A stretch of 64,000 nt of DNA from the IMG/VR virus record IMGVR_UViG_3300017527_000643, positions 1 to 64,000 of that record; one strand, 5' to 3'. The notes below the pieces were generated by a model. The model made no database searches, was not told the origin of the DNA, and saw only the letters and a list, made by a program, of their open reading frames with translations. Every line of letters starts with the position of its first letter. Positions within the stretch are counted from its first letter, which is position 1. The DNA is from a virus. The translations under genes were made by a program, and so were the position numbers. Positions 47,044 through 56,987 of the stretch are shown here, in pieces.

Positions 47044-49098
47044 ATGACGACTTGGCCATCCATATATGCAGCTTGGTGGGAATTTTCTGCACTTAACAAT
47101 GTAGATATTACATCTAAAGCTCCCGATCAAACTGCATTCGATCTGGTTGTTAATGATCACTTCTCTTGGGTGGCAGTAGTAGATCTAGTCAGTACAGCAG
47201 ACGCTGAATATGCTTGGAAATGGAATGGCATCGGGCGTGGCTGGTACGGACGCAGCACGGTTGCAAATACAGTTATGCACTATCAAGGAGCAGCCGGTCA
47301 AGGTGAGCCACTAATTGCTGGCCCACCCCCCACTGGCGAAAAATTATTAATAGCAGGTGTACTGGAGAATATTGGTCCTGATACCTATGATTGTTATGGT
47401 TATCGTATCTCTGTTTCGGGAGGGACCGAAACAGACAGTGATTTAGGTAGACTCCTTGGAGGAGTCACTACTTTTACGGATTTTCATTTATGGGGTCACC
47501 CTGCAGACAACCGTAATCTGGATGGCAAAGCTTATAACTTTTCAATTTGGAAAGGAACAGCACTATCGCAAGCACAATGTGAGCAGATCTTCACCGAAGC
47601 TATTCATCCTACGGATGTTCCTAATTTATTTTTCATGTGGGACGGTTGGCGGGTTCCTTCTCCCGAATACGACCCCGAATACCCGGAGGATTCGGTTTCT
47701 TACCTCTTAGACGTGTCTGCACCACCTATAGGGTACAGTGGTCCACCCCCAACACCAACGCCTCCGACACCCCCATCACCTGAACTTCCCCACGCAGACC
47801 CTTCTCCATGGCCCCCTGATAGCATTATAATTTGGGTGTCTAAGGAAGGAAGTGACACGACAGGAACAGGCAGTCAGCAGGAGCCGTACCTGACGATAGA
47901 ACGCGCCTTTCTGGACTTTACAGCAGGTGATCAGATTCGAATTTTGGATGGGACGTACACGCCAGCCGATACGATAGTTTTTGATGGTGTGCCCGGTTCG
48001 CTATTTGCTGAAAATCCAAATGAAGTTACGATTCAACCACAGCGAACATCACAATATGGGACCGCATTGGCAATTTTGAATTCGGATAGATTTACTGTTC
48101 AAGGAATAAACATATTACAATCGACAGAGACACAAACAGCTACGTCTGTTGTTAATAATGTAGGTTTATATGCAAACAATGTAGAAAATTTCCATGCGTA
48201 TACTTGTTCAATAAGCGGTTTTGATTGCCCGTCTGGTTGTGCTGGTATTTGGGCAAGTGGTACAGGGCGGATTGAAAATTGCACTGTAAGTGACCTAGCT
48301 ATTGATAATGGGAATTTATATGGAATTTACGCTAATGGGATGAGCATACTAGATAATGAGATCACAGAACTTATTGACAGAGGATCAAGCGGCGTTTACG
48401 GGATGTACGCCATAGACGATTACACCCCACCTGGACCACCTACGCCGCCTACGCCACCTGTATACCCACCGTTTGATGGGCACCATTCCTTAGTTGTTGA
48501 CTTGTGGGCCTATTACTCCCTGGACGCACCAGATGGGGCCGATTCGACCGGAAAGCACGATGCTGTTCCTACGGGTGCACCAGTCTCTGTGCCGGGTAAA
48601 CACAATAACGCAATAGACTTTACGATTGCGAACAACTATTTCGATATTGGCGAAACCGGCGCTGACGCAGCGTGGTCGGTGTCCTGTTGGCTCTATATGC
48701 CAAGTACCCGTGGCTGGGCTGGTACTGGGGTTGTTCTGAGCAGCGTAGCGCACGGGTACACTTCGTATGTGGATACAAATGGTAATCCGGGGATGTACGT
48801 TGGTGGTGCTTCTCCATGGCAGACTCATGTAACAAGTTTGGGTACAGATGCGTGGAAACACGTTGTGTACAGCCAGACCACCGGAGGATTTTACGTTGTG
48901 ATTGATGGTGACTGGGCTGGAAGGTTATCCGGTGTTGCTCCGGGCAAGACAATGGGGCCAGACAACCTTGGTGCAGACGGCAATGGGTTCAACGGGCTGA
49001 GGTGCTATGGAGATGAAGTTGGGATTTGGTCAAGGGTGCTAACTCAGGCCGAAGTTGAGGAGTTGTACAACGCAGGCGCTGGATTGTTTTATTCGTGA
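47044..49098 (+). CDS. Adhesin B2: LamG + DUF1565-like beta-helix + LamG
   Basis: Central ~210 aa closely similar to B1; Pro-rich linkers; DEVGIWSRVLT..E...LYN.G. Confidence 0.7.
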   Translation: MTTWPSIYAAWWEFSALNNVDITSKAPDQTAFDLVVNDHFSWVAVVDLVSTADAEYAWKWNGIGRGWYGRSTVANTVMHYQGAAGQGEPLIAGPPPTGEKLLIAGVLENIGPDTYDCYGYRISVSGGTETDSDLGRLLGGVTTFTDFHLWGHPADNRNLDGKAYNFSIWKGTALSQAQCEQIFTEAIHPTDVPNLFFMWDGWRVPSPEYDPEYPEDSVSYLLDVSAPPIGYSGPPPTPTPPTPPSPELPHADPSPWPPDSIIIWVSKEGSDTTGTGSQQEPYLTIERAFLDFTAGDQIRILDGTYTPADTIVFDGVPGSLFAENPNEVTIQPQRTSQYGTALAILNSDRFTVQGINILQSTETQTATSVVNNVGLYANNVENFHAYTCSISGFDCPSGCAGIWASGTGRIENCTVSDLAIDNGNLYGIYANGMSILDNEITELIDRGSSGVYGMYAIDDYTPPGPPTPPTPPVYPPFDGHHSLVVDLWAYYSLDAPDGADSTGKHDAVPTGAPVSVPGKHNNAIDFTIANNYFDIGETGADAAWSVSCWLYMPSTRGWAGTGVVLSSVAHGYTSYVDTNGNPGMYVGGASPWQTHVTSLGTDAWKHVVYSQTTGGFYVVIDGDWAGRLSGVAPGKTMGPDNLGADGNGFNGLRCYGDEVGIWSRVLTQAEVEELYNAGAGLFYS

Positions 49099-49142
49099 GA
49101 TAACTATGACAGGTATTACAAGTGCATAAAGGCTAACGAATG

Positions 49143-49173
49143 TTGAATATCATAGGATTTTTTATGCTATACT
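49143..49173 (+). promoter_or_regulatory. Possible extended -10 promoter
   Basis: TTGAAT-19 bp-TATACT with TGn extension, in a 105-bp intergenic gap. Confidence 0.35.
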
Positions 49174-49203
49174 CAGCCGGTAAGTTTAGCTTTTAGGTGA
49201 AAA

Positions 49204-50865
49204 ATGCCAACTATTGAGCAATATTACCCGGATAATGTTTCCATAAACATGGACGATACTGTCTTTGTGCGCGGGAATAATGTGTCCGATATCACTGGAA
49301 ACAATGCTATTGCATTTAAGCTACAGAATATCAAAAATCTTAGAGCCAAGAATAACAAAGCTATAAGAATCAGATCGCCACTTAACAATGCCAAGGGATT
49401 TGAAGTTTCGAACATTGAAGATGCTTATTTGCTCTATAATGTAGCCAGCAGAACAGACACTGGCTTCGATTTTTATACGTTAGAAAAGCTAAACGTTTTC
49501 AACATGACGGCACACAATTGCACATCTTGCACAACGGTTGCAGCTACTGGCAATTTCAATAATATTGCGTTTTCCGCATATCAGGATACTGCGCTATACC
49601 GGGTAGCAAAAGGATTTGAGATCGACCCTGCGTATTCGATTAATATTGATTACGTAATTCACTTTGGATTGGATACTTTAGTTGATGGGACAGCCGTTGA
49701 AGGCGATGAAATCTCAGAAAAGCAGATTCTCTATTTAGATGAACCAAATGACGACTTTACCCCTGATTACATTTCTGAGCTAGTAAACACAGGTACTGAA
49801 AACCCAATCAGAGATGAATATATAGATACTGGAGGAATAGAAAGTTATGTAACCGATGAAGCAACTGCTGACCGGAAGTATTGGTATGATATACTTGATA
49901 ATGTTTTTTGGAATGTTGATGATACCCAATCAATAGAAGTAAGCTTCATTAAGGCTTTCCAAAGCAGGGTTCTTGCTAGTACAGAGGTCACGGTATCCCA
50001 AGTAGAGAATGACACACATTTAAAGTTTGCTGAATCTCTAACCAGATTTTCAGAACTTTATCCTATGTACGCACGCTACGCAAGTCAGACTAAATTCCAC
50101 AAACGCGTCATGGATATGTGGTTTTCGGGACTGAACCCTGCGGTAGTTCAGTCTTACCAGAATGGAATTGGTGGCTACAATTTCTTACCATCTTTCTTCA
50201 AACGCATGGAAGACTATGAAGACGGGTGGATTATTGGAGTTTCCTATATAGCACATGATAATTGGCTGAACAGCATGGAGGATTTGAAATACGGGATCGG
50301 CCTTGATGTATTGGGCACATCTACGATGAACCAAGCTACTTCAGGAGAATGCTACAACAACGTGATGAAGTCACTTGCCGATATCGCTCCTGTACGCTGG
50401 TTTTTGCATGATGAAGTTCAGCCAGATGGCTATTTAATGTTCACGGATATGTATAATAGTTTTGAGGGCTGCGTTTTAGACAACATGCATTATAACGATG
50501 ATTTCAATATTTCTATTAATGAAGTAGGCGAAGATGGAGAAGCGGTTACACCAGTAATTAGAACAAGTACAGTTCTTCCATCAGGTGCGCCGTCTGGTTA
50601 TGTTGAAGTTTCATTGCTGGACAGGACTTACAGTGAAAATACCACTCGTGAATTTTATTATAGGCAAGGAACAAGCGAAGATACAATGCCTGCGTGGGAA
50701 GAAATTACGGACTGGATAGGGGGTGTTCTAACGATAGAACAGCCCTATGTACAATTTAAGATAAATGTTGAAAATGTAATTAGAGAAGTAGATTATGAAT
50801 TCCAAGGAATAGGACTAAGACAATATTCGAGTGCCCGTGACTGGACTCGACCACAATCAGGGTAG
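49204..50865 (+). CDS. Baseplate/fibre-attachment protein with N-terminal beta-helix
   Basis: Beta-helix-like N-terminus, helical wedge-like middle, PYVQFKI C-terminal domain; precedes long fibre. Confidence 0.5.
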   Translation: MPTIEQYYPDNVSINMDDTVFVRGNNVSDITGNNAIAFKLQNIKNLRAKNNKAIRIRSPLNNAKGFEVSNIEDAYLLYNVASRTDTGFDFYTLEKLNVFNMTAHNCTSCTTVAATGNFNNIAFSAYQDTALYRVAKGFEIDPAYSINIDYVIHFGLDTLVDGTAVEGDEISEKQILYLDEPNDDFTPDYISELVNTGTENPIRDEYIDTGGIESYVTDEATADRKYWYDILDNVFWNVDDTQSIEVSFIKAFQSRVLASTEVTVSQVENDTHLKFAESLTRFSELYPMYARYASQTKFHKRVMDMWFSGLNPAVVQSYQNGIGGYNFLPSFFKRMEDYEDGWIIGVSYIAHDNWLNSMEDLKYGIGLDVLGTSTMNQATSGECYNNVMKSLADIAPVRWFLHDEVQPDGYLMFTDMYNSFEGCVLDNMHYNDDFNISINEVGEDGEAVTPVIRTSTVLPSGAPSGYVEVSLLDRTYSENTTREFYYRQGTSEDTMPAWEEITDWIGGVLTIEQPYVQFKINVENVIREVDYEFQGIGLRQYSSARDWTRPQSG

Positions 50866-50874
50866 AGGTACGCT

Positions 50875-53800
50875 ATGCAAAGAACAGAATACTGGAACCA
50901 GACTCGCCCAACTGATACGCAGTTAAATTGGACTGAAACGTCCAAAACATCCGCAATTAATCAGCGATTGCGCTCATCTGCTCAGATGGGGATTGCGTGG
51001 GGATTTCAGGTAACTGTTAACTCTGTAGATAACACCAAAATTGACGTTGCCCGTGGTGAGGGCTATAGCGGTGGGGAATTCCTAATCAATGAATTCGAAA
51101 CTGCAGGTTCGGGACAGCGCATTTCCACCTATACAGATACCCCTAGCGGTACTGATGATACCGGGCCTGCCGCTACCAGTCAAGGACTTGCAGATTATAC
51201 TGCCGGGGTACTAAACTATGTATCTTTGGTTTATTCCGAAACTGAATCGCACCCATTGTCTGAAAGAAGCTATCCTTTTACAAATCGGCAAACTGTTGTA
51301 ACAGAGACGTTTACAGTTTCGGTGCTTACCGAAACTCAATGGAATGCTCTTGATGCAGAAGCATTGAACAACCGGATACTCGTTGGGATCGTGACTGCAC
51401 AGGGTGCAGGCACCCCGATTACTTCTGCAAATATTGAACAATTTGTCCAGCCGAAAACACTTCCTTCTTCCAGCCAGCCTTCTACAATTTCTGGTGTAAC
51501 AATTGTTGGTATATCTGATGTTACGCCATTAGGAATTGGTACTCTGCGGTGGGAACCAAGTACTAGCAGTATGTATTGGACTGCTCCAGGAGATACCGAA
51601 GGGACAGCGCTAACAATTAGCGATTCGGGCGTCTTTACCATATATTCTAACAACACGAATTATACACTAAGTCTAAATGTTGTGTGGGGGTCGTTGTCCT
51701 TAGTAGCTGCAGAAACGTCCGAAAATATTAGTATTAGATCTTTATACGGCAGAGAAATTCCTATGTTTAGCGCAACGGACCAAATCCATAGAGATATGGT
51801 GGGGTCTGGCCAACCAAGCACGACAAATCCGCACGCACTGACTTTAGCAGATATCGGAGGTGGAACACTCGATCACGCAGATTTATTCCACGTAAATGGG
51901 ATATCCAAAGATGCGGATAGTACGCAGCTTGAGTGCCAAATAGATGCGATTAATGACCGTATTCAAGTTACGAGCTTAGGAGGATTTGAAAATAGTTTTT
52001 TGGTGGATGGTGTTACCCTTACAGAAGCTTCTGGATCAAATTATGTAAATTTTGATACGGCACCAGCCCCTGATTCGGGTGAATATTTGATCTATGTAGA
52101 CAGCGCTGGCAATCTTGGAAAAGTCCAAATTGGTAATGCTTTTACTAATTTTACTAACTTAGATATATGGGACATAAGTAACATTGTAGCTGGAACCGGA
52201 GAGATTGAATGGGATGCTACGAATGACAGAATTAGATATAAAGCTCCGGGGGATGCCGTCTGGGGTGATTGGGTTTATGTAGCAGATAGGGCACCTCCAT
52301 TGACAGGTAATGGTGGTTTTTACAAAGTGTATTCTAGTACTACAGCTAATTGGATCATTCTTGAATTTTCTGGAATCATTGGTGCTTCAAATACTGAAAC
52401 ATTTACAGTTGTAAAGGATGAAACCAGTTATTCAGATGAATCCATGCTGAAGCTCTCCGTTGTACATTGGGATCAGCCTACTGAGGTATTGTCCAATCTT
52501 CGTGACATTCGTAGATTTGTTACTGCAGATAACCGCACTGAGTTTGAAGAAGAACATGATGAAAATGGGCACCATACAAAAACACTTAGAAATGGATTAG
52601 ACATATACAATAGAGAAGCTAATACGTTGCTAGATGTTTATGGCGAAAGTGTTGTTGTGCGTGGAAGAGCCGTTAGCCATACGGCTGGGTATTTCTCTGC
52701 AGAAAGCACTATGGGGTTGGAAGCCCACGCAAGTGATAGCCTTGGAGCAAAAATCCACGCACCGAATTTTGGTTTGTATGCTAGCGCAGCTACTGAGACT
52801 GCTATCTATGCAACCGCCCCAAATACTGTTGTTACTGTTCTTGCAGGCACTGATACTGCAATTAGAGCATCTGCGGTGGGCAATATTGCTGGGGCTTTTA
52901 TAGCTGATAATATTCGTGCAGTATACGGGTCTGCTGCGAATGAAGCATGCTATTTCTACGCTGAAACTGACACAGCTATTCGCGGAAATGCAAACGGTGA
53001 TACAGCAATCATGGGAACTGCTGCTAATACAGCGGTCTTTGGACGAGCAGAAACACGCTACGCTGCCTATTTCTCAGCACCAAATACTGCTCTTTATGCT
53101 ACTGCAGCTACGGAAGTCGCGGTAAGCGGGCTTGCTGATTCGAATGCAATTCGTGGGACAGCCGCAGATTCGTTTGGAGTGGCGGGTCTTGCTGGCGTAA
53201 AAGTTGCTGTATGGGGAAGTGCTCCTAATACAGCCGCTTCTTTTTTTGCTAATACCGCAACAGCAATTGAGGCAAACGCAGACAGGCTAGCTATTTATGC
53301 AACCGTTACAGATTCCCAAGGTATTTATGTAACAGCCCCTAATACAGCCGCTCAATTTACTGTAGAAACTAATACGGCAGTGGATGCAGGTGCATTGGGC
53401 GAAACGGCTGTTCGCGCTGTCGCATCAGCTACTGCTATATGGGTATCAGCTACGAATGAGGGGATACGCGTTACAGCAGCAGGTGCCACTGCGATATATG
53501 CTACCGCAGGAGCCGCCTATGGTGTCGCAGCCCAAGCTAATCAACTTGCGGGCTGGTTTAATGCAAGCAGTGATTATTCAGGAAATGAGGTACTAGGTTT
53601 ATATGGCGCAGCTACTAATGCAGCAGCAGGCCATGAGGAGTCTGCAATAGGTGTAAGTGGTTGGGTGGTGGGATCTTTAGCTACGGCAGTGCATGGGTCT
53701 GCTGCACATGCTTCCTATGGAACTGGCGTACTAGGGGAAGCCGGTTCTGGCAACATTGGGGTTGGTGCATATGGTGTCTTTGGTAGCGCAGGAGTTGCTG

Positions 53801-54039
53801 GCATTGGTCTAGCAGGCGTTGCAGGAATTATGGGGGCATCCCTGTCCATAAGTGCCGCTAACGCTGTGGGGCTACGCATCGTTGCTGACACTGCTGTTAA
53901 TGGAACAGGTATGCAAGTTTTTGCATCAAGCTTATTTGCAGAAATTTCTGCACCTACACAAGATGGTCACACTGATTCAGCAGAGGAAATTAAAGTTACC
54001 TTTAATGGAGCAGCTAGGTGGATTAGGTTGTATACTTAG
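50875..54039 (+). CDS. Long tail fibre protein
   Basis: N-terminal baseplate-anchor segment (GIAWGFQV...DVARGEGY); C-terminal ~450 aa of Ala/Gly/Thr beta-roll repeats (TAIYATA, AVxGxA). Confidence 0.75.
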   Translation: MQRTEYWNQTRPTDTQLNWTETSKTSAINQRLRSSAQMGIAWGFQVTVNSVDNTKIDVARGEGYSGGEFLINEFETAGSGQRISTYTDTPSGTDDTGPAATSQGLADYTAGVLNYVSLVYSETESHPLSERSYPFTNRQTVVTETFTVSVLTETQWNALDAEALNNRILVGIVTAQGAGTPITSANIEQFVQPKTLPSSSQPSTISGVTIVGISDVTPLGIGTLRWEPSTSSMYWTAPGDTEGTALTISDSGVFTIYSNNTNYTLSLNVVWGSLSLVAAETSENISIRSLYGREIPMFSATDQIHRDMVGSGQPSTTNPHALTLADIGGGTLDHADLFHVNGISKDADSTQLECQIDAINDRIQVTSLGGFENSFLVDGVTLTEASGSNYVNFDTAPAPDSGEYLIYVDSAGNLGKVQIGNAFTNFTNLDIWDISNIVAGTGEIEWDATNDRIRYKAPGDAVWGDWVYVADRAPPLTGNGGFYKVYSSTTANWIILEFSGIIGASNTETFTVVKDETSYSDESMLKLSVVHWDQPTEVLSNLRDIRRFVTADNRTEFEEEHDENGHHTKTLRNGLDIYNREANTLLDVYGESVVVRGRAVSHTAGYFSAESTMGLEAHASDSLGAKIHAPNFGLYASAATETAIYATAPNTVVTVLAGTDTAIRASAVGNIAGAFIADNIRAVYGSAANEACYFYAETDTAIRGNANGDTAIMGTAANTAVFGRAETRYAAYFSAPNTALYATAATEVAVSGLADSNAIRGTAADSFGVAGLAGVKVAVWGSAPNTAASFFANTATAIEANADRLAIYATVTDSQGIYVTAPNTAAQFTVETNTAVDAGALGETAVRAVASATAIWVSATNEGIRVTAAGATAIYATAGAAYGVAAQANQLAGWFNASSDYSGNEVLGLYGAATNAAAGHEESAIGVSGWVVGSLATAVHGSAAHASYGTGVLGEAGSGNIGVGAYGVFGSAGVAGIGLAGVAGIMGASLSISAANAVGLRIVADTAVNGTGMQVFASSLFAEISAPTQDGHTDSAEEIKVTFNGAARWIRLYT

Positions 54040-54335
54040 TAAACGCAATCGTTGTTTGCGATTTTCTCGTTTACTTCCATTAGTTTTTCAGTGCAGTTGT
54101 GCGGTGTCCACCCTTCATACCAGGAATTTTGAACACAGTCCATCGGCTCTTCAACAAAATCTCCGCATTGCTCCTTGAGATCTGCAAGCGCGTGGCAGTA
54201 CTCGTAGCATTCCGCATACATTATCTTGAAAAAATCTTCTGTTGTCATTTCGTCCAGTGAGCACTCACATGTCGGGTCTGCCCCGCAGCCCCCAAGTAGA
54301 AATCCTAATGCTGCAATTACTGTAACCATTTTCAT
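54036..54335 (-). CDS. Cys-rich lipoprotein
   Basis: ATG 54335 with AGAAAGGAG SD; MKMVTVIAALGFLLGG-C lipobox; 8 further Cys. Confidence 0.75.
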   Translation of the reverse strand: MKMVTVIAALGFLLGGCGADPTCECSLDEMTTEDFFKIMYAECYEYCHALADLKEQCGDFVEEPMDCVQNSWYEGWTPHNCTEKLMEVNEKIANNDCVY

Positions 54336-54459
54336 TTCGTTCTCCTTTCTAAACTCAATATCAGGTCGAAGTTTAGTTTTGTAAAGTAATTTTTTATGAG
54401 AAATCACTAGACCTTTTGGTAATGATGAGTATAATGTCTCCAGGAACATAGGAGATTCC

Positions 54460-56382
54460 ATGGGCAAACCCCGAATCCAAGAACTCGAAAAAATCCTTAC
54501 AAATGCGCAGGATGAGTACTACAACGGCACCTCCATCATGGGAGATGACGAGTACGATGCCCTGGCAGATGAGCTTGCTGATTTGGACCCTAAGAATAAG
54601 GTTCTGAAGCGGGTAGGAGCCTCTGTTTCTGATGATGCCAAGCTCCAGAAAGCTAAACATGCGATTCCAATGGGATCGCAGAAGAAAGTAAATGAAGAAG
54701 CTGAATTTCGTAGCTGGGTAAAAAAGACAGGTGCAAAAACGCTAGTTTGCCAAGAAAAGCTGGACGGCTTATCAATTGATTTGGTATACAAGAAGTCAAA
54801 ATTAGTTCAGGCAATTACACGCGGAGACGGCGAAACAGGAGAAGACATCACACATAATGTTGTTCATATGGATAACGTGCTTCACAGGCTTCCCAAATTT
54901 AGTGGCAGTATCCGTGGTGAAATTGTCCTTCCGAAGAGCAGGTTCGAAAAGCATTTTGCAAATGAAGGTTACGCAAACCCAAGAAATGCTGCTTCAGGAC
55001 TTTCAAGGCGTAAAACGGTAAATAAGAAGACACTCCAACATATCAAGATCATTTCCTTTGACTGTACCCACTCCAAAATTGACTTCAAGAAAGAACACCA
55101 CAAAATACGCTTTTTGGAAGGTATGGGCGTTGATTGCGTTTTCACTAAAGTAGTAGATCTGACAAATGCCATCAAGGGCTACAATCTATATCAAAAAACC
55201 AAGCGTGAAAAGCTCGATCATGAAATCGATGGTATGGTTTTCAAAGTCAACGATGTAGCAGCACAGGAAGCGCTTGGAGAGACGGACGGAAGACCCAAGG
55301 GACAGGTTGCCTGGAAGTTTGCTGCAGAGATGCGTAAAACTATACTGGAGGATGTTTCCTGGGAGGTTGGCCTTACCGGTAGAATCACTCCTGTAGCGAT
55401 TTTGAAGCCCGTGGGCGTAGGTGGCGTTACTATCAAACGTGCCAGTCTCCATAACGTGAGCAACATGGAACGCCTGGGTGTTTACCCAATGGCAGACGTT
55501 TTGGTGAGTCGTCGTAACGACGTTATTCCCTACGTAGAGAAGGTTATTGCGAAAGGCAAATCAAAACAACCAGGGAAATTCAAGGTTCCTTCAGACTGCC
55601 CTGTTTGTGGCGAAGATACAGAATTTGAAGGCGAATATTTGATGTGTTCCAGCAAGGATTGCCCAGCGAAGAAAGAGGGCGATATTAAGAAGTGGGTAAA
55701 GAAGCTCGATATAGATGAAGTCGGAGAATCTTTTATCCGTGCCGCAATCAAGGCAGGTTTCATTGAAGACCCGGCTGACTTGTATACCTTATCTGCCGAT
55801 ACGGTTGCTACGCTGGACGGCTATCAAAGCAAGAGTGCGAAAACCATCGTGCGCAATATCAATAAGACAAGAGAATTGCCTCTCAAGAAATTTATGGGAG
55901 CATTGAACATTCCCAATGTAGGAACTACCACATTTGCAGCATTGGAAAAGGGTGGCTTTGATACTATTAGAAGTTTACAAGTAGCAACTTGGGGTGAATT
56001 TGCAAAAGTGGATGGAGTGGGAGATACCACGGCTTTGGCTATTTATAACGGGCTAATCGATAAAGAAAAATTGATCGAAAAGCTTTTGAAAAACGGTGTG
56101 TCAGTAAAAAAGAAGATCGTAGGCAAACTTAGCGGAAAATCATTTTGCTTCACTGGTCAGATTTCAATCAAACGTGGCGATGCAATGAAGCTCGTGGAAT
56201 CCATGGGCGGTGAAATCAAAAGCAGTGTGGGGAAAGGGTTGACCTACTTGGTTCAAGCCAATAAGACTTCTGCATCAGGCAAATCCCAAAAAGCAAAAAA
56301 GTATGGCACTGAAATTCTCGGTGAAAAAGAATTCTTCAAGCTTGTAGACTTTTCATTCAAACGCCTTCAATCACTTAGCTAA
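54460..56382 (+). CDS. ligA: NAD-dependent DNA ligase
   Basis: EKLDG, AITRGDG, NPRNAASG, IDG.VFK, VG.TGRITPVA, C4 Zn finger, HhH, BRCT. Confidence 0.97.
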   Translation: MGKPRIQELEKILTNAQDEYYNGTSIMGDDEYDALADELADLDPKNKVLKRVGASVSDDAKLQKAKHAIPMGSQKKVNEEAEFRSWVKKTGAKTLVCQEKLDGLSIDLVYKKSKLVQAITRGDGETGEDITHNVVHMDNVLHRLPKFSGSIRGEIVLPKSRFEKHFANEGYANPRNAASGLSRRKTVNKKTLQHIKIISFDCTHSKIDFKKEHHKIRFLEGMGVDCVFTKVVDLTNAIKGYNLYQKTKREKLDHEIDGMVFKVNDVAAQEALGETDGRPKGQVAWKFAAEMRKTILEDVSWEVGLTGRITPVAILKPVGVGGVTIKRASLHNVSNMERLGVYPMADVLVSRRNDVIPYVEKVIAKGKSKQPGKFKVPSDCPVCGEDTEFEGEYLMCSSKDCPAKKEGDIKKWVKKLDIDEVGESFIRAAIKAGFIEDPADLYTLSADTVATLDGYQSKSAKTIVRNINKTRELPLKKFMGALNIPNVGTTTFAALEKGGFDTIRSLQVATWGEFAKVDGVGDTTALAIYNGLIDKEKLIEKLLKNGVSVKKKIVGKLSGKSFCFTGQISIKRGDAMKLVESMGGEIKSSVGKGLTYLVQANKTSASGKSQKAKKYGTEILGEKEFFKLVDFSFKRLQSLS

Positions 56383-56414
56383 CTGCCGCTCTTACGGCAC
56401 GTCGGGAGGAAATT

Positions 56415-56750
56415 ATGGAATCAGTATACATTGTAAGTACTGGTACGGGTTTTTTGTATGTTATTCAGGGGATTTTTACCACTAGAGAACTCGCAAACAA
56501 GTTCTCAGAAGCGTTTGAGGATGCAGTTGTTAATGAGGAGTGCCTATATACGGAATTTCCCAAATTATATAGATATGAATGCACCATAGATCTGGAAACT
56601 GGCAACCTGATCGAAGTGAAAGAGTGCAAACCTTCCGTAAGTCCCATGCTGCTAACTATCGATGGTAAAACGCTTTATTCGGTTGGCGAAACTAAGGCCG
56701 AGGCGCAGTACAATGCAGAATCTTACCTCAAGAAATTGCGCAAAGAATAA
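56415..56750 (+). CDS. Hypothetical protein
   Basis: 111 aa, GGAGG SD; VYIV....GIF.T.E.A N-terminus. Confidence 0.6.
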   Translation: MESVYIVSTGTGFLYVIQGIFTTRELANKFSEAFEDAVVNEECLYTEFPKLYRYECTIDLETGNLIEVKECKPSVSPMLLTIDGKTLYSVGETKAEAQYNAESYLKKLRKE

Positions 56751-56912
56751 AGTGATTGATTAACAAAGAAATAAACAAGTCCTTCCCTGATTTAGCTACC
56801 TATTCCTATCAATTGACTCAAAAATCAATTTAGTAGCTGTTTGTAACTTCCAAAAATCACTTTATTTTATTACTAAATATTTTTTATTATCTGCTAGTTT
56901 AGCCTTTAGCGC

Positions 56913-56941
56913 TTGACAAGCTACCATTGCGACCCTATATT
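56913..56941 (+). promoter_or_regulatory. Sigma70 promoter P1
   Basis: TTGACA-agctaccattgcgaccc(17)-TATATT, AT-rich upstream. Confidence 0.85.
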
Positions 56942-56987
56942 AGTAATGCGCAAAGGAAAGCGCAACTTATTAGAAGGGAGAACTAAT

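Noticed and set aside
45670-48430. Diversity-generating retroelement TR/VR pair in B1/B2
   Set aside because: Differences affect all bases, both copies are coding, and no reverse transcriptase is in the window; this is ordinary paralogy
13500-49140. TAACG(T/A)A as a late promoter element in several gaps
   Set aside because: Short, often formed by a TAA stop codon, and at inconsistent spacing to starts
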